A stretch of DNA of 64,000 bases, from positions 704,001 to 768,000 of the forward strand of contig CBDBCZ010000017.1 of the NCBI GenBank assembly GCA_965203295.1, written 5' to 3'. Made by a program: the position numbers and the translations under genes. Below are positions 24,014 to 38,200 of this stretch, in pieces. The notes beneath the pieces were generated by a model. The model worked only from the letters and a program-made list of their open reading frames with translations, searched no databases and was not told the origin of the DNA. Positions within the stretch are counted from its first letter, which is position 1; every line of letters starts with the position of its first letter. Origin of the DNA: Nitrospirales bacterium. GTDB taxonomy: Bacteria; Nitrospirota; Nitrospiria; Nitrospirales; UBA8639.

Positions 24014-26002
24014 TTATAATTTATGTTTCTTCTTTTTGACAAATGGGAGCTCGCTTTGGTCTTCTACTTCAGTCTGTTTATGCCGCTTGGTTTTCTTGCC
24101 ATTAACAGCAACCGCACAACTTTTCTGTCTATCACTCTCCAATTCTTGACTCGAGCGCGCATCTTCACGAGGGGTCACCATATCATGTCCATTGTCCCTC
24201 CTCGTTTTGTGCTTGTGTTTCTTTCTTTTGGCAGGTGTGTCAGTAGTCAGTTGCTCCAAATCGACCTCTGTCCGGTGTTCGACAGTGCCTTCAGTAGAAT
24301 CAGCTGAGACCTCCAACTCTCTCGGACCTTCACCCTTTTCATCGTCACTCTCGTGTCTATGCTTTCTCTTCCGCTTCTTCGCTTTACCCATTTCTTCATC
24401 CTCGAGCGTGCCACCGCCACCACCATCACTGGAGGTCAACTCCTTCTTGCGCTCCTTTTCTTTCTTTTTCTTCTTCTTCTTTGGAGAGGGTGCTTCCTCC
24501 TCTTGCGCAGTCTGAGGGCTAGATGCCTCTTCAGTACTGGCATCTGCTGTCTCCTGTGTCTCACGGATAGCACTTTCACCCCCGCTATGCTGTGAAAGAG
24601 AACAGAATTATTAGAGTAATCACCATTACAATAAAAGACTGAAAAAATAATGCTGAGATTATGAGGTTTTGATTATATTCTATTTTATGTACATGTATAT
24701 TATGGTAGCCTCGTTCCCAGGCTAGGCTAATATTATGGAGAGTCAATGCCAGTGGTAAGTGAGTTCAATCTACAATGAGTCCCTTTGTTTTTTTTCCCGA
24801 AATTTCTTTACTCTCTCAGAAAGCTATCATCGATCTCTTGAAGAGTTTGCAATGTATGTAGAGAGTCTAGTTCAGCGGTTTGCATTAGATACGTTGTACG
24901 TGCATGTGTCTGAGGACTGGTCAATAACATCCCCCAAGCTATAACTATCTACACCACCTGTTGTGTGCTCGCAGCTCCACTGAAGGCCTCCCACAGTTCA
25001 CCCAGGGTCCTCTTGTCACGCACATTGAAGCTGTTCTTCACAAAGTTCTGTACAGGAGGAGAGAGAGGGTTCCAAAACTTACGTACATGCATTGCCGTAC
25101 CACCTCGCTGGCACACACATACACGATAGTGACACAATGACTCGTTCTGACCTCAAACTTGGCCTTCTTCCTTGGAATGTTGGGGTAGTCAGCAATTCTC
25201 TCCAGTAGACTGGCCACTCGAGGACTGACACTAGCACTACATACCGACTGCCTCACCTTCTGCAGATTGGAGGAGGGGAGGGGAGGGGACGGGAGGCGAG
25301 GCAGCATAACAAAATATGTAAATTGAACACTGGAGACCCCCTCTAAAATTTTTCATGGTTCCCCCCCCCCCCCCTCCAAGACGACCCCCAAAGTCTTTCC
25401 CACCCAAAATGAAAAATCCTATAGAAAACCCTGTTGAGATTCAATTTTGTGTCCCAAAAGTGGCAGAATAGAGCAACAAGAATCTCATTAACGGCAAAAC
25501 AACCTCCAACGTTCGAACTCAGGCCACTCATTTTTTGAACAGTCTGGTCAGAGGCTACATTAATTAATTCACTAATATTCAAACACACACTCTGAGCTAG
25601 GTCAGCAGACAAAAAGTAGTTGGATTTCAATAATCTAGCGAGTTTCATGGGTGGACACTCCCCGTAAGAAGCCCTGTTCCCAAACCACTCAATTTTGGCG
25701 TTGTCAGGCGTCACAAGTATACGACCCTAGGTAAATGTGGCGCTGCTACTTACATCAATCCACTCCTGCTGCTTCTTCTCTCCCTTCCCCTTCCCTTTGG
25801 AACCGTCTTTGTACAACGCTCCTTGGTACTTCTCTGCTTCTGAGATGCACTTTGTATGGGCAGCGTACTCATCCCCATGAAAGTCCTTCCCACAGTCCAT
25901 GCACGAGAGAACCTGGCAGTTGGGGCACTCATTCTGGTAGTGCTTTTCCACTTGGTTCTTTTTCAGTGACGCACCACAAGTATTGCAAGTGAAAAACACC
26001 AT
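24014..26002 (-). CDS. LYAR: Cell growth-regulating nucleolar protein LYAR (340 aa, 4 exons)
   Basis: MVFFTCNTCGASLKKNQVEKHYQNECPNCQVLSCMDCGKDFHGDEYAAHTKCISEAEKY is the LYAR tandem C2HC zinc-finger region, followed by the NIPRKKAKFENFVKNS motif and a Lys-rich tail. Exons 26002-25754, 25259-25152, 25047-24958, 24589-24014. Confidence 0.95.
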
Positions 26003-26230
26003 TTCCACACGCCACGTGTGTGATCACGTGATGAAGGCAATCGCTATCTAATTATTCATTTAGGCCTATTAGTCCAAAAGAAATATTTGAAAAGTTATTC
26101 ATACGGCGATTTTGATTGGTCAATTTGAATGACCGCTCACCTTTTGTTGTGTTAGGTAGCTAGCTAGTTGTAGCTCTGCCAGAACCGACTTTTCTTGCTG
26201 CAAGGACTACAGTTTACGCTTATGTACAGT
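26003..26230. promoter_or_regulatory. Bidirectional LYAR/INCENP promoter with two E-boxes, an inverted CCAAT box and two CHR-like TTTGAA motifs
   Basis: CACGTG at 26013-26018 and 26025-26030; TTTGAA at 26086-26091 and 26124-26129; ATTGG at 26115-26119. Confidence 0.65.
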
Positions 26231-29200
26231 ATGGATCCCACTGGCAATTGTAGTTCGTGGTTTGCACCCGGTCTGAGGACGAAAACAGCCCCTGAATTGG
26301 AGAATCTGTTAGAGTTAGACTTGAGAAGTGCTCAAAGGGCAGTGTACGACGAATCTGGCGAAGACGTGCGTCTGAAGGGTGAAACTGGCGCGCGGTGGTC
26401 TAGCTTGAGAGAAAAAAGGAAATGGTTTGTACAGGAATGCAAAGAGAAGATGGAAGAATACTTTGATAAACTGTATGATCACTTTACTGAAAAAAACAGG
26501 TGAGAACTATGGCACTATTAACTCATAACTAAAGAGGCTCATCCTACCGTTTAAAGCTGGGCAGTAGAGCCTGGGAACGAGGCTAATATGTATTTGATTC
26601 ACACACATTGTGTTATTATTTCTTATAAAGGTCGAGTCAAGAATGGTACATGTCTGTGCTGCCTACCATGAAGACACCAGCTTTTCAAAAGCACAGATCT
26701 CGAGTGGAGCAAGTGGAAGAAGCTGCTGATAATGTGGGGGATCCTGTTTCACAACCTCTCGGCCTCAACCAAGTCAGCAAACCTGCCACTGACGTATCGC
26801 TAATCTCTGGTGACACCATTGAGACAACCGATCCAGGTATGGTAGATGTCACAAACACCGTTCGAAAATCGACACGCTCCCGTGCTAAGAAAAAGTCTGT
26901 TCCAAGCAAAGAAAATGCCCACGAGAGTTTTCCAGCTGTTCCGGCCACTACTAACCCCAAGCGCACGACTCGGGCATGTGCAAGAAAACGAGTAACCAAA
27001 GAAGTAGTTGCAGATGATCTGGAGGCCGTACCTGCGACTGCGACACGAAGAACCACAAGAACACGCACAAAGAAAGCAGAAACAGGCTCTGGAGGCCAAG
27101 GTGGGGAAGACTCTTGCCTGGTAGACACCGTGGCTACTTCCAGTCGCAGGATGACTCGGTCGCGAATCAACAGTGCAGCGTCCGTTGAGTCTCAGACGGG
27201 AGGCGAGAAGGAGAAACCAGTAATGGCGTCAAAACTACCAGTGGCTTGCCGAGATCCGCAGAATGGAGACTCCCCAATGTCCACGCAATCCGTTGGGCCC
27301 GATCGGAATCAGGTGCCTATCGAGTGTAGCTCTCCAAGTGTGACACAGTCCAAGCAGAAAGTGTCTGACGACATTCCCGATTTGGCCAACTTGCCACCTC
27401 ATACCGAAGAGCCGACTGGAAAAGGACTTTCACAAAACGGCTCTGCAAAGACACTCGATTTAGTCACGGCGGAAAAACTACAGGTGTCCTCTCCAGCTAT
27501 CGAAACTAGCATCCAGCTCATGGAGACCGAAGAGACCACTACGGCAGGCCAAACCCTACTACCAGTACCGGTTGCTTCTGATGTTGCCCCTCCAGTGCGG
27601 AGATCCACTAGGCTCTTCAAAAGGGCTCCTGGAACGCCAGACGCATCGTGCACATCGGACACGGATGACGAAGGGTATATCAGGCCACCGCCCCCGAAGC
27701 GATCGCTTCTGAAGCTAAAGAAGAAGAAAGGCAAGGAAGGCAGTCGGAAAGGCAAGAGAGTCCCGAGGAAAGTGGAGGAAGATGCGGTGAAAACAGATGT
27801 GCAATCCCCGACTTCTTCAGGCGAGAGTGTGATTGCAGTTGCAGATCGTGGCCGAAGTCAAGACAAAGACCTTGCCGGCAGAGGAGGAGAGAACGACTCA
27901 ACACCAGTTACTGAACAGCCCCAGGAACCCGTTGAAGATGTCGCCGCCAGCAAGACACCAGCCGACGGCAGCTTACAGGTAACAGAAGAGACAGTCCAGA
28001 CAGACACACAAAGCAGTGACACAATGTATGAGTCGTGCATTTCAGAAGTTGAGAGCGGCACCTCATCAAAACCTGACACAAAGGCGTCCCGTCGTATCCC
28101 CAGAAGGGCGGCCAAAGCTGCCAAGGTCCGAGGCAGAGTGAAGACTCCAGTCGGTGGTAGAACAGAACCAGAGGAGCGCTCACTCACCGCCGGCCCTTTC
28201 ACACCTAAGCAGCCCCACACACCCCGTACTCCTGGCACCTATACCAGGCCCCGTCCTGTCTTCTCCCCGATGAACGTCCCCTACCTGAGCAACACCCCCA
28301 GGGTGCTACGGCAGCTTCACGAGGAGCACCAGGCGCGCAGTGGAGGAAAGATCATCAGTCTTGCCGAGCTCAGGAGTAGGAACAGGTACGTGTGGGTTTG
28401 GGAGTGGCCTTGCTAAAAGAGAGCAGTCGTTTTATCACAGTTGAACCCCTCTATTGTGGACACCTTGGGAATCTGGTGAAGTGTCCTGTATAGAGACGTG
28501 TCCTCTTTTTAGGGATCGATTTACATGTATATGAAGAAAGCATATTTGGGGCACAGCAAAGTGTCCTTAATATAGAGGTGTCCTTATTTCAGGGGTGTCC
28601 TTTATGAGGGGTTCCACTGTATTCTCTAGAGGCATTTTGGCACTCCCACCACTCTGAGGAAAAAGAGCATAGCGGTCTCTTCTTTTCAGTGCAGTGAGAG
28701 TGAAGCTCTTTTTTCCCCAGTAGCAATGGGGATAATTATCATGATAAGCATATGGGTTACACAGTGGAGAAAGAGCGTACCCCTACGCTCTTTCTCCCCA
28801 ATAAAAGCTCAAATCATCCGCATCCGTTGGTTCAGAATCAGTACATGTACATGTACATGTACATGTAGTGAAGACCTAGTCTCGTCCCCAGACCACACCA
28901 TGTTCTGTGGGAGTACAGCAGTGGTCTGGGGACAAGACTACTAAGGAACTTGATCACTGTATTTGCACATGTTTATTGTATACCCTGATCCCAACTCCCA
29001 CCTACCCTAATCCCAACCCCTACTGCGTTATTCAGTTGATCCCAACTGACAGCTGTGAGTGGGTCGCCCATCTTCATTAATCAACCCCCTTCCCTGTAGC
29101 CCTGCTCCAGGTCACTCGTCCAAGAGGGGTGGCACCCCCGGCCTCCCCCGTACCCCTCAAGTGGTGCGCGCCACGGTAGTCAAGGGTAAGAGGCTCAGAT

Positions 29201-32200
29201 CTGTGTCTATGGAGAAGTTGCCAGAAGCCGTGGAGGCAAAGAGACCTTCCAGAGGGGGAGCACTGTGCCAGGTGGGTACAGGGACGCACCTACGTACATA
29301 ATTACAGTTGGAATTGGATGGGTCCTACTGGCAAGTGCTACTAGTGGGTTTAGTGGCTGTATTGAGCTTGCCTACTGCTCCTCTGCCAAGGGGCTCCAGT
29401 AGCTCAGTGGTAAGAGCATCTGACTAGTATTCAGAAGGTTCTGGGTTCAATCCCCAGCTGGGTCCCGTTTCGTCAAAAAGCTTATCATCTGACTAGTTTT
29501 CAGAAGGTCCTGGGTTCAATCCCCACCGTTTTTTATTAAGCTTATCATCTCTTTAAGAGTTTACTATACATGTACATGCATCAGATTAAGAATATTGCTT
29601 AGGCTCGTTCACAGTCTCCACTGCCAACTTTTTTTGCATGTTGAAAAACAGTTGGCAAGGATTCACACTCCAGATTCATGGTAGCTGACACTTTCCATAT
29701 ACATGTACATTACCGTTTTGATTCCTGATTCCCAGGTCAGCCCACTTGAGAAGACGTGTCCCGATGCCGAGGAAACGGAGACTGCTGAGTCAGATGACTC
29801 TCAAGAGAAAGGTCAGTTGGTGTAGTGCCCTTGTTGCACTCTTACCCAGGTCTCATCATGAAAAAGCACCCTTCCCAGGCCTTTAAAATTCTCACACGCT
29901 TGAAAAGGTCCTCGTTTACTTTTCATGCGTACAGGGAAGGCCTGGAGATGAGGCTAGGATACATGTATATCAGTCTACAGTATATTATGGGTGCATACAT
30001 GTATCCTCCACTGTGACGTGGTCATCTGACTTATCCCACTACTGCACATGTGCGTAACTATCGTGAAGTAGCTTGACGCCTATCTATCCTACTGCTCTCG
30101 TCCAATGAATTGTATTAGAAATGAAATAATCATATTTACATGTAATAGTTGTGTACCATGATCATGTGTGTGTATACACGTATGTTCATGTACCTACTAT
30201 ATCTCTCAATCTAGCAGACTCTACCGTATGTTCATGTACATGTACCTACTACATGTGTATCTCTCCATCTAGCAGACTCTACCCAATCCACTGACAGTGA
30301 TGCTGCTCAGTACAGCTCTGACACAGCAAAAGAGAACCCAAATGACAATGGAGGTACAATTACATGTACATGTCAGAGCTTCATACAGGGGCACTGGGTT
30401 CTGCCCCCCCCCCCCCCCAGAATGGATATCATACACGAAATTACCTTGAAACCTAATGACAGTTGTTCCAAATGAAATACAAAGTGTTCGGTAATCAGCT
30501 AGAATATAGCTGCCAATAGCCTCGTACCCAGACCTATACCGCTAAAATGTCGTTTTGGGAAGTTCTGGGTACGAAGTCCAAAACCCAGGAAGGGGTACCC
30601 CCAGACCTCACCTAGAAGGGTGTGCTGTTCTATCCCATAAAGAGCTCCCCTCCCTCTGTATGAATACCTGTGTACATGGCACATGCATGTCTGTGCCATG
30701 TGCCTACTACATGTACATGTACATTTACAAGACATCTCTCCATCTAGCGCACACCACCCAATCCACCGACAGTGATGCTGCGCAGTACAGCTCTGACACA
30801 GCAGAAGGCGACCAAAGAGACAATCATGGTAGAGTTACATGCGCACATGTGTGTGGCTGTCCAACTTTACGCAAGCAGGACTTCGGTACACACTAGTCTC
30901 TTTCCCAACTTTGTGTACTTACGTACTGCATGCTTCCGCAAGCAATAGTGTCAGAGCTAGGCTAAGGAATCGTAGCTTGATCAACGGGGTTCCACTGTAT
31001 TTGCTGATGGCTGCACACCTCATTGGTAGACAATGGCTCGGGTACACATTAGTCTCGTTCCCAACTGTGTGCACTTACATGTACAATGTACGTACTGCAT
31101 GCTTCTGTAAGCAATAGTGTATTTATCTCGGACCTAGCCATAGCCTGATCAACGGGGTTCCACTGTATTTGCTCATGGCTGCACACATCATAGGTAGACA
31201 ATGGCTCGGTCTAACGTCTTCCCTCTCCTTCCTCTCAGTCACCCCACCACAGGTCAGATCTGGCCAGCCCAAGAGTGGCTCTAAGATGGGCTATATTTGG
31301 AACCTTTTTGGGAAGAAGGTACATGTATGTTAATGTTAATGTATACTGGTACGACAATGCTACAATGTCATGTAGAGGCTTTCAGTTGGTATTTAATTTA
31401 CAGGACGGCTTTTCATTAAGCTCATGGCAAATCTTGCTCAATTGTGAATTGCAATGTACGTGAGAATTTTTTTGTATCTTGTTCCAAATCCACAGAAAAA
31501 TCTTATGAAATTTTGTAACTCGAATTTTCCTCAAATTACAGTATGGGTGGTATAATGTACACATACAAGTACAGGGTTTCTGTATGACTTCTATTAGGGG
31601 TTGCAAAGACGTCAAAATGTATGCGGAACTGCACACTCCTTCCTCCTCTAGAAAATTCTAATCACTTAGAAAATGCCCATAATCAACTTCAGAGGGGAGG
31701 GGGAGATGGCCTCAGTCCTACATGTACCTGTTGAACCCATGATGCATGTTATAGATACTGTATAGCATGTGGTAGTCAGTGCTGTATTATCCATGCAATA
31801 TGCTGACTACCATGCTATATGTGTCATAAATCATAAGTGCGCAGGGCACATACATGTACATGTACATGTACCGGTATGTGTATTGGTGCATTTCTATAAC
31901 TTCAGAGGGGTGTTATACAATGTAATAAAAATACATCACTCCTACATGTAGCAGGTACATGTACTATATAGATGATTAATGCAATCACTTGAAATCTTAG
32001 CAACTGCATGACAACTCTTTAAGTAATAGCCTTTTATTTGCTCTCTCCTCCCCCCCCCCCCCCCTCCCTCTCCTCCCCCCTCCCCCCCCCCCTCCCACAC
32101 CTCAAAGGCCGAGGCTCTCAAGCTAACGGCTGTCGGAGGGGCTGCCGACCCTCCCCTGTCATTCCTGCCCAGGAATTCGCCCAGGAAGCAAGAACTATTC

Positions 32201-35200
32201 GAGGTACATCTTACAGTGCAGTGTTCTAGCTAAAGAGTGGAAGAGCGGTGCTCCACTGCTCTTAGGTATGCAATTTTATTTTGATGTGGTTGAAAGAATG
32301 TAATTAAACTACAGCTATGCTTTGATCTCTGCGAAAGCACCGCTTTTTTGCAGTTGTCTCTGGCTAGAGTACTGTAGTGCATTCATGTACACACGTGCAC
32401 GCCTAGCCTCGTACCCAGGCCTTTTTCACGAGTGCGGAGAAGGCCTGGGTACGAGGCTAGTGCACGCTATTACAACCTTGTTCCCAGGACTTCTTCCGCC
32501 ACCATTTATTGCTTCTAGTCCAAAAGCTGGTGCAAGGCGTGGGAACAAGATAGCTCAGCTTCATGTAGAAATAATTGAATTGTCATGTTGATCAACTAGT
32601 GGGTTGTTGTTTGAGTTTCAACACATCACAAGCATGGATACCGATTGATTGTTTTGGACCAAAAATGTGAAAGCTTTAACATTCTCGGCCCTAATCATTT
32701 ACCGATACAGATGATCAAATGCATCACTAAGGTGAAACCATGTAGAGGTAGGCAGAGGAAGACTCGGAGGAAAATAATGTTGCTGCAGTTATCCGTGCAT
32801 GTTGAAACTCATACAATAACACGTACGCTAGTCAATATGACAATTCTTAGCACTATAAGAACAAGGTATCAGAGAGTCGGTAGACTCTATGTAGGGATGG
32901 CACCCGGTACACAATATAAATCAAAGTTTCCAAATCTCTCCAAAAAAAAGCTTTCATAGGCACCTAACCTTCATTTTCTGGGGTTTTAATACATTTATTG
33001 CACAGTTTGGGTGTCTGTGTACAATGTATACTATAAATTTTTCGCGAGGCTGTGTCCCCAAACCCCCCTATAGTGTCAGGCTCCAATAGTACTTGTACCT
33101 CTGTGGTCTGGGTACGAGAATGCTACATGCACGAGTATAATCTTCATCATCCTTCCAGTTCCTTGAGATAGTGAAAGGAGCATACAACACACTATCCCCA
33201 CTAGAGTTTAATGGGAGGGGGGAGGGAGGGAGTCCCCACTACTCACTGGTGGCTGGGGTCTGGCAGAGTGTTGGGCTGCTCTAGCCATCAACATCTGGGT
33301 ATGAGAATGCTACATGCACGAGTAAAATCATCACGACAGTCCCTTGAGATAGTGAAAGGAGCATAAAACACACTATCCCCACTAGAGTTTAATACAACAA
33401 CTGGCCTGGAATACCTCTATATTCCTGCGACATTTGTCCAGGCTTAGTGATTTTTTTTCAAAAGCTAGAGAACTAATTTCATTGCTGCCTTTGCACCTAT
33501 GCTCACGAGTCTGTAAATGTAAACTCCACGTCTCGATCGGTGTAGACACGGCAGCAGAAGCTGGTGGAGAAGGTGCAGCGGAAGAAGGAGGATGAGGAGC
33601 GGAGAAAGAGAGAGCTGGAGGCCAAGAGGCAACAAGAGCTACTGGACAAGATCAAGTATGCTAGGCGTAACATCACTCGTCATTTAGTCCTATGTGGGGG
33701 GGGCACCAGAGACACATCTATTAAGACTATCATGTTTGGCTATTACAAGCGTTGATTACTGTAGAGCCGGAAAATTTGGCGAGAATTAACTTTGGCGAAA
33801 TCGCCAAAAACGCCTAAAATTATAAATATTGACGAAATTTACATTTGGCGATTGTGTACGGCGAAGGCTATGACGTAATCTTCAATTAATTTTGGCAATT
33901 TACCGGTATGTCATAAACTTTCACAGAATGTTGCAAGGGGTAGAGTACAGTTTCGGCAGTGTACCTTAAACATGACTTCTAGCACGGTCTAGTAACTATC
34001 TTGCCACCCTAGGTAACGTTCCAAGCATTGATTATGTCGCAAATTTACACAGAACGTTGCAAGAGATAGAGTACATTTTAGCACTGATTTCTAGCACGGT
34101 CTAGCAGCTGTCTTATCTTAATTGCCACTCTAGGCGTCGTGAGGAACGTGCCAAGCGAGTCGCAGAGAAGCAGGCGGTGATGGCTCGTGAGGAGCAAGAG
34201 AAGCGGAAGAGAATGGAGGGCCAGCGTCAGAAGGATGAGCTGTCCAAGAAAGAGAAGGTCCACCAAAGAAAGGCCAAGGAGTTTGAGCAGAAAACGAAAA
34301 AGCAAAAGGTTGGGAAACTGATCAGAGCCATTAGCCTCGTTCCCAGGCTCTATACTCCCCAGCTTTTTCCACACATACATGTACTGCCCGCTTATTTTAC
34401 TTATTTACTATGTGCGAAAACAGCCGAGCCTGGGAACGAGGCTACAGTCTTTCTCCTCCATTGAGTTCATGTACATATATTTCAATTACACATACGAAAG
34501 TCACAAGACCTGCTACATGTAAAGTCATGTGTGCAGGCCAAGAGTAGAAATGTACATTGTACATGTAGTAAAAAGGTAATTATAGTTCATGTAGAGAAAC
34601 ACAGCCTTCTTTTGAATCGGTCCCCACCCATGCATAATGACATATACGATGACATGACTTTATGTAGGTTCTGCCAATACATTGTACATGTACAGGGTTT
34701 CATACAGGATTTTTGGCTGGGGTTGGGAAACATTTTCGGAAAAGCAAATGTCCTTGTGTGGGGGTATTCTGTCCAGGGCTCATTATCATTGGATACATCA
34801 TGCTAGGGGAGTCTGGGGGCATCCCCCCCAGGAAATTTTTTGAAATTTAGACTCTCTGAGATCACTTCTGGTGCATTTTCCTTCCCCTAAATGAACCCCT
34901 GGTATTGCCCTCTTGGAAATTAGTACAAAACAAATGCCCTGAGATTGTTTTTTGGCAGTTTACATGTACTGTGTATGTAATACCCCAAGTCTGTGTTAAA
35001 ACCACAATTTAAACATGTTAACAGTTCAAAATCCTGGGGGGGGGGGGGGGGGGAATCCCAGGGCACCCCCCCTCTGTATGAAACCCTGATGTATCATAGA
35101 CATAAAACACTATAATTTAAAAATGAAAGGCTGAGAATCAGAGTGGTCTAACCCACTTTACCCCTCTCAGACTTGAAAATACTCCTAAAATGTTTCAGGA

Positions 35201-38200
35201 GCTAAAATGTGAGATTTTACCATCATGCAATTTAATGTTAGGTTGGCCCACTCTGGTTTACCCCTGCTCACGTCACCCACAACGCTCCACCTCCAGGAGC
35301 AGTTTAATGTTAGGTTGGCCCACTCTGGTTTACCCCTGCTCACGTCACCCACAACGCTCCACCTCCAGGAGCAGTTTAATGTTGGGTTGGCCCACTCTGG
35401 TTTACTCCTGCTCACGTCACCCACAACGCTCCACCTCTAGGAGCAATTTAATGTTAGTTTGGCCCACTCTGGTTTACCCCTGCTCACGTCACCCACAATG
35501 CTCCACCTCCAGGAGCAGTTTAATGTTAGGTTGGCCCACTCTGGTTTACCCCTGCTCACGTCACCCACAACGCTCCACCTCCAGGAGCAATTTAATGTTG
35601 GGTTGGCCCACTCTGGTTTACTCCTGCTCACGTCACCCACAACGCTCCACCTCCAGGAGCAGTTTAATGTTACTCTGGTTTACCCCTGCTCACGTCACCC
35701 ACAACGCTCCACCTCCAGGAGCAATTTAATGTTGGGTTGGCCCACTCTGGTTTACCCCTGCTCACGTCACCCACAACGCTCCACTTCTAGGAGCAATTTA
35801 ATGTTAGGTTGGCCCACTCTGGTTTACCCCTGCTCACGTCACCCACAACGCTCCACCTCCAGGAGCGCATGCAGGCTGCAGAGGCACGGCGACGTCAGGA
35901 GGACGAGCAGAAGATGCAGCGGCTGCAGCAGCTGGAGGAGGAGCGGAGGATGCACGAAGAGCTCACCAAGAAGAGAATGGAGCAAGAGGTTAGCGACCAC
36001 TCGGTTCTAAGTTTTCTCGCTCGGTTAGGTAGCCTCGAAAAAAGCTGAGACAGCTGGGTCTTAGGCTGCGGTTAGGTCCTGTGGTCGCAACATATTAATA
36101 AATGTACCAATAACAAACCTGATGACCGAAACATTTCAGTTTGCCTCCAGTTAATGGGCTTAGCAGTCTTCTGCATCTATATATCACACCAAGCTAATAA
36201 ACAAAAATCACCAATAAAAGGATGCATGGCTGGCTACATGTAGCTCACAATTTCGACAGAACATACATGTACATGTAGCTCACAATATTATTTTGACAGA
36301 ACCAATTTTAATTCTGAAAATTTAATGTTTACTGTAAAAAAGGAATTGTCTCATTGACAAGGGGTTTGCTGTCTGAGTTGCAGAGGGAGTTCAAGAATGA
36401 AAACACAGCCGTGATGTGTCTGTAATGGTAATGTGTTTTCACATTCTTGGACTAAAAATGCGGAAATCAATCTAATTAGTATCTATGCGTGTAATGTGTT
36501 TACACATTGGAAACTTAAACAACAACCCTCAATGCATGTAAATCATTTTTTCTACAGAGGTTTGCAAGTTGGAGGAGAGGGCAAATAGGCAGTGGCTCTC
36601 GAGTACTTAATTAGGATAGGCTCTATATCAGAATCAAAGTCTAACTTCGTCACATACAAGATTCTCAGACTAAAAATGCGGAAAACAATCTAATCAGTAT
36701 CCATGCTTGTATTGTGTTTACAGATTGGAAACTAAACACCAACCCTCTAGTTGTTATAATATTTGATGCAAGCATGTAAATCGTTTGTTGTACAGAGGTC
36801 TGCAAGTTAGTGGTTCACAGGAGAGGGCAAATATATAGGCAGTGGCTCTCGAGTACTTAATTAGGATAGGCTAAATATCAGAATCAAAGTCTAACTTTGT
36901 CACATACAAGATTCTAACCTCATTCCCAGTCTACACTAGCTGCCAGCTTCTGAAGTTGGAAGTGGAGACTTGGAACAACAAGGGTAGCAAATTCAGCAAG
37001 GACTCGTTCCCAAAACCAAGGCTAAAAAAACATTGGACAACTTTCCTTGCAGTAACATGACTAATTACAGATTACACAAATAAATGTAGCCTCATTCCCA
37101 TGTACAATCCTGCCTTTTTCTAGGAAGAGGAGAAGCAAGCCCGTCGTCTGGAAAGACAGAAGGCGGAGCTGGAGAGGCAGCTGCAGCGAGAGGCAGAGAG
37201 AGAGGCCGAGCAGAGGCGGAAGATTCAGGAAGAGAGGTTGCAGGTGGGTAGTGGGGTCTCACTAGCCTTGAACCCAGGCCTTCTCCGCACTTGCGGGGGA
37301 AAAAACTTTTCGTGACTGCGGGGAAGGCCTGGGTTCGAGTCTAGAGTTAAACTAGTACAATAGTCACTACGTGTATATACAGCTGGCACAAAGACACTTA
37401 ACTTATGTTGTGTGTAGCCTCGTTCCCAGGCTCTCTTCCAGCTTTTTCTTTCAGGCTCTCACTCTGCTTTTGTAGGCTTGGTTCACTCAGTCAACCTATG
37501 GTTTGAGCAGGTTCGAAGGGGTTGAACCAACCCTAATTAGCTGTGAAACTATCCAGTAGGCTTGGTTCACTCAGTCAACCTAGCAGGTTCGAATGAGTTG
37601 AACCAACCCTAACTCAGAAACTATTCTGTAGGCTTGGCTCCCTCAGTCAAACAGTATGTACTGTAAGTGTCAAAAAGCTGGATGAGAGCCTGAGAGCGAG
37701 GCTAGATTGTGTAATGCACTGAGTGTGTTTCCAACACTTCTTGCAGGCCAAGGAAGCAGCACGCTTGCAAGAGGAGCTGGAGGCCAAGAGGCAGCAGGAG
37801 ACGGCCCGGAAACTGCAGGAGCACCTCAGAAAAGAGGAAGAGAAGAAGAAATTTGAGAAGTTGCTCGGAGGGCATGCTCAGCCTGCTGCCAACCCAACGC
37901 CGAGCGGAAACGCTTCAAGTCGGTTCATTGAGCAGTGGAAGCAACTCAGAGCCAATGCAAATGAAAGTACTGCCTTATCTGCGACTATCACAAAGTCAAA
38001 GAAACCTCCTTCGAAGACGCACGATAACTCTGTTAGGACCGAAGAGCCCGAGGATGGCAACCCAATGAACTCCACCTTTACCATAGAAACTGTAGATACC
38101 GAGCAAAACACCGCTCCCACCTCAGTGGTAACCCCAGCACCAAGTTCACACAACAAGCCGAAATACACAGTAGTATCGTCGTACGAGATGACCCCACTTC

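Noticed and set aside
26685..28238. Antisense ORFs over INCENP exon 2 (and similar ones over the HMG, LYAR and toxin-like genes)
   Set aside because: They are shadow ORFs of real coding sequence on the opposite strand.
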